Shown in pieces: positions 35,184-37,249 of a DNA stretch of 37,249 nucleotides. The DNA is from Catajapyx aquilonaris (Eukaryota). A program made the translations under genes and the position numbers. The notes beneath the pieces were generated by a model. That model was not told where the DNA came from and ran no database searches. It was given only the letters and a program-made list of their open reading frames with translations. How positions within the stretch are numbered: the stretch's first letter is position 1; each line of letters opens with the position of its first letter. Where the stretch lies: positions 1 to 37,249 of the forward strand of contig JYFJ02003817.1 in assembly GCA_000934665.2 (NCBI GenBank), read 5' to 3'.

Positions 35184-36569
35184 TCATATCCACCCATAGT
35201 TAAGAGCAGCTCCAACCCCTGCGACACCTGCGCCAGTCGCCAAGGCCAGGGCGGCCACAAAAGGAACCGCAATTTTAGGTGCAAATATGAAACTGAGATC
35301 ACCATCCGATTTGGCCAATCTGACAAACACACGTCGTCCATTAAGAGGTTGAAGAGGACGAAAATTGTCAGCCATACGTCTCTTCTGTCCGTTATGTAGC
35401 CATCGGAAAGCTCGTAACTGCCAAAATTACGTCATATGTCAATTATATCAAATATGTCATATTAATTATGAACTTACTTGTCTTTCAGATATTCCGATTA
35501 ATTTTCTGTAAATGATCCAGTTAACAGTTTCTAAACATGGTGGAGTAGTTAGAGAACCTTGATAGTAAAAATAGGAGTCAAATTTATCCGGAAGTAGGGA
35601 CTGGAGACTGAAGGGCTCGATTACATCCGCTTTCTCTTCAGGTTCCCGGATGGCCGTCAAAGTGCTAATCAGCTCGTTGAAGGCTGGGTTGTCGTAGTTT
35701 TGTATCTGGTGGGTGTCACGCAATGGGGAATGTAATATAGTATGACAATGTGAAAAAAAAATTGTTACTTACATTGAATAGAAATGCAACAACTAGTATT
35801 CCATTGTTGTGTTCGCCAGCTTCTGTTGCATTGGCGTACAGTGTGTTGTAATGGACCAAATGCATCTCCATTGGGTACCTAAGATTACATGATTTTGAGT
35901 TACAGAATATGAGATGTGTAAATTGACTTACTTTCTCCATGCAATTGTGTGTTCTGAGCCTCTGTAGCTGTTGGAACCCCAGTGGAAATGTAGTTGTAGG
36001 AACCGAAATGTAGAGTTCAAAGGTCCTTTGCTGACATATGGCACCCGGGCCTTGTTCACAGAGTTGTCCATACTAACCACAACTATTGACGAAAAAATTA
36101 GTAACGATAATAATTTTGAAATAGAACCAAGTTGAATATGCGAATTACTTGAGTGTCCTGCTTCGTTCTTCATTGTCATCCATTCTGGAACAACTTCATA
36201 GTTGCCCAAGAATAATGAAGCCATGTTTTTAGGTACAGCTTTTCGTGGTTCGATGTTTATTGGGGATTGTCGTAGCCCACCGCACATTGGGTATGTGTCG
36301 GGCCATGTTGGAGGAGCTTCGAGACAATAATTGCAATAAATTGACAGAAGTATAATAAGAACCGAACTAAAAAAAATTGAACTAACCATTGTCTCCTCTA
36401 TAGTTCCATACTTGCCCGCTGACTACATTAAAGAGTATGATTAAGTGGTAGTGTAGATATATATTTTTTTAAATTATATGTTTTTAATAGAAGTTAGATA
36501 CTTACTGGGAGGTGACAGGAAAGTCAGAGCCCATAATATCACAAGGGTGAGATCCACTGACATCTTCAT
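35184..36569 (-). CDS. Alpha-carbonic anhydrase with signal peptide and C-terminal hydrophobic anchor, ~328 aa
   Basis: Exons 36569-36506, 36422-36387, 36316-36149, 36082-35932, 35878-35773, 35705-35478, 35417-35184 (987 nt). WNY, QSPINI, AGHS, QLHFHWG, GSEH, MEMHLVH, YQGSLTTPPC, DNFRPLQPLNGR. C-terminal IAVPFVAALALATGAGVAGVGAAL. Confidence 0.93.
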
Positions 36570-37249
36570 CACTGCTGAAGACAACTGCTGAATCAACTGC
36601 CAAAATCACTATAAATCACGTACACTTTAGCAGACAAAAATTCAAAGACGGTGCTACCTGCTTTGAACAAATACTAAGTGTGATCTCAGCTAACCATTTA
36701 CCACGGGAATGTCTTACGCTACTTCCTTACTCATGTAATTGCATGCATAAACTTTCAGAAACCATCGGGAATTTTATTGCAACGACTCCATAACCTTGGA
36801 CAACAATGTTCCCACACACCTGATGAAAATGTGTCATACACTCCCACCAAGGTTTCTTTTTTTTAAAAAAAATGCAGATTGTTTTGTCTCTAGTAATCAA
36901 CAGTAGACCCTACTATCATTTTAAATCTAGATTACAGTGCATCCATACCAGTGTTCATAAAAATTGTACAAAAAAAAACCGCTAAAATATTATCAAAACA
37001 CAAACGTCTCCATTCCTTGAAAAACACTAGCGTGACGGAAATGCCAAAATTCCCAGGTGTTACCAACACATGTATCTGTAATTTCACACGCTATCGACAA
37101 AGTAACAAAAAAAAAAATTGTGTGCCAATAATGCCGCAGTTGGTGTAACATTCCCACCCAGTGCCGGAATTTACAATTACAAATGTAAACAATACACGTA
37201 ATGTATTTTGAACTTATTTTCTCAGAATTTGATGACTTGCCATCCCCCC

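Overview
Gene-dense eukaryotic DNA with many short (about 50-80 nt) GT-AG introns. The protein sequences look arthropod (probably insect or other pancrustacean; this is inference). I hand-spliced seven protein-coding genes: (1) the 5' part of a Mondo/MLXIP (ChREBP-family) gene on the minus strand, which runs off the left edge before its bHLH-Zip domain; (2) a complete MDC1-like gene, minus strand, about 1552 aa (N-terminal T4-Q, FHA, TQ-rich repeats, tandem BRCT); (3) a secreted single-IGFBP-domain protein with a long basic tail, plus strand; (4) a non-canonical PIS-like CDP-alcohol phosphotransferase, plus strand; (5) a six-finger C2H2 protein, minus strand; (6, 7) two tandem extracellular alpha-carbonic anhydrases, minus strand. 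Introns and intergenic DNA hold many MITE/foldback elements and one perfect 32-bp hairpin. I saw no rRNA, tRNA, CRISPR array or transposase. I cannot support a wholly new multi-gene system. The best leads are the uncharacterised CDP-alcohol transferase, the expanded non-TQxF TQ array in MDC1, the His64-to-Arg carbonic anhydrase with a His/acidic exon, a hidden Mondo cassette exon, and the foldback family with shared outer arms.
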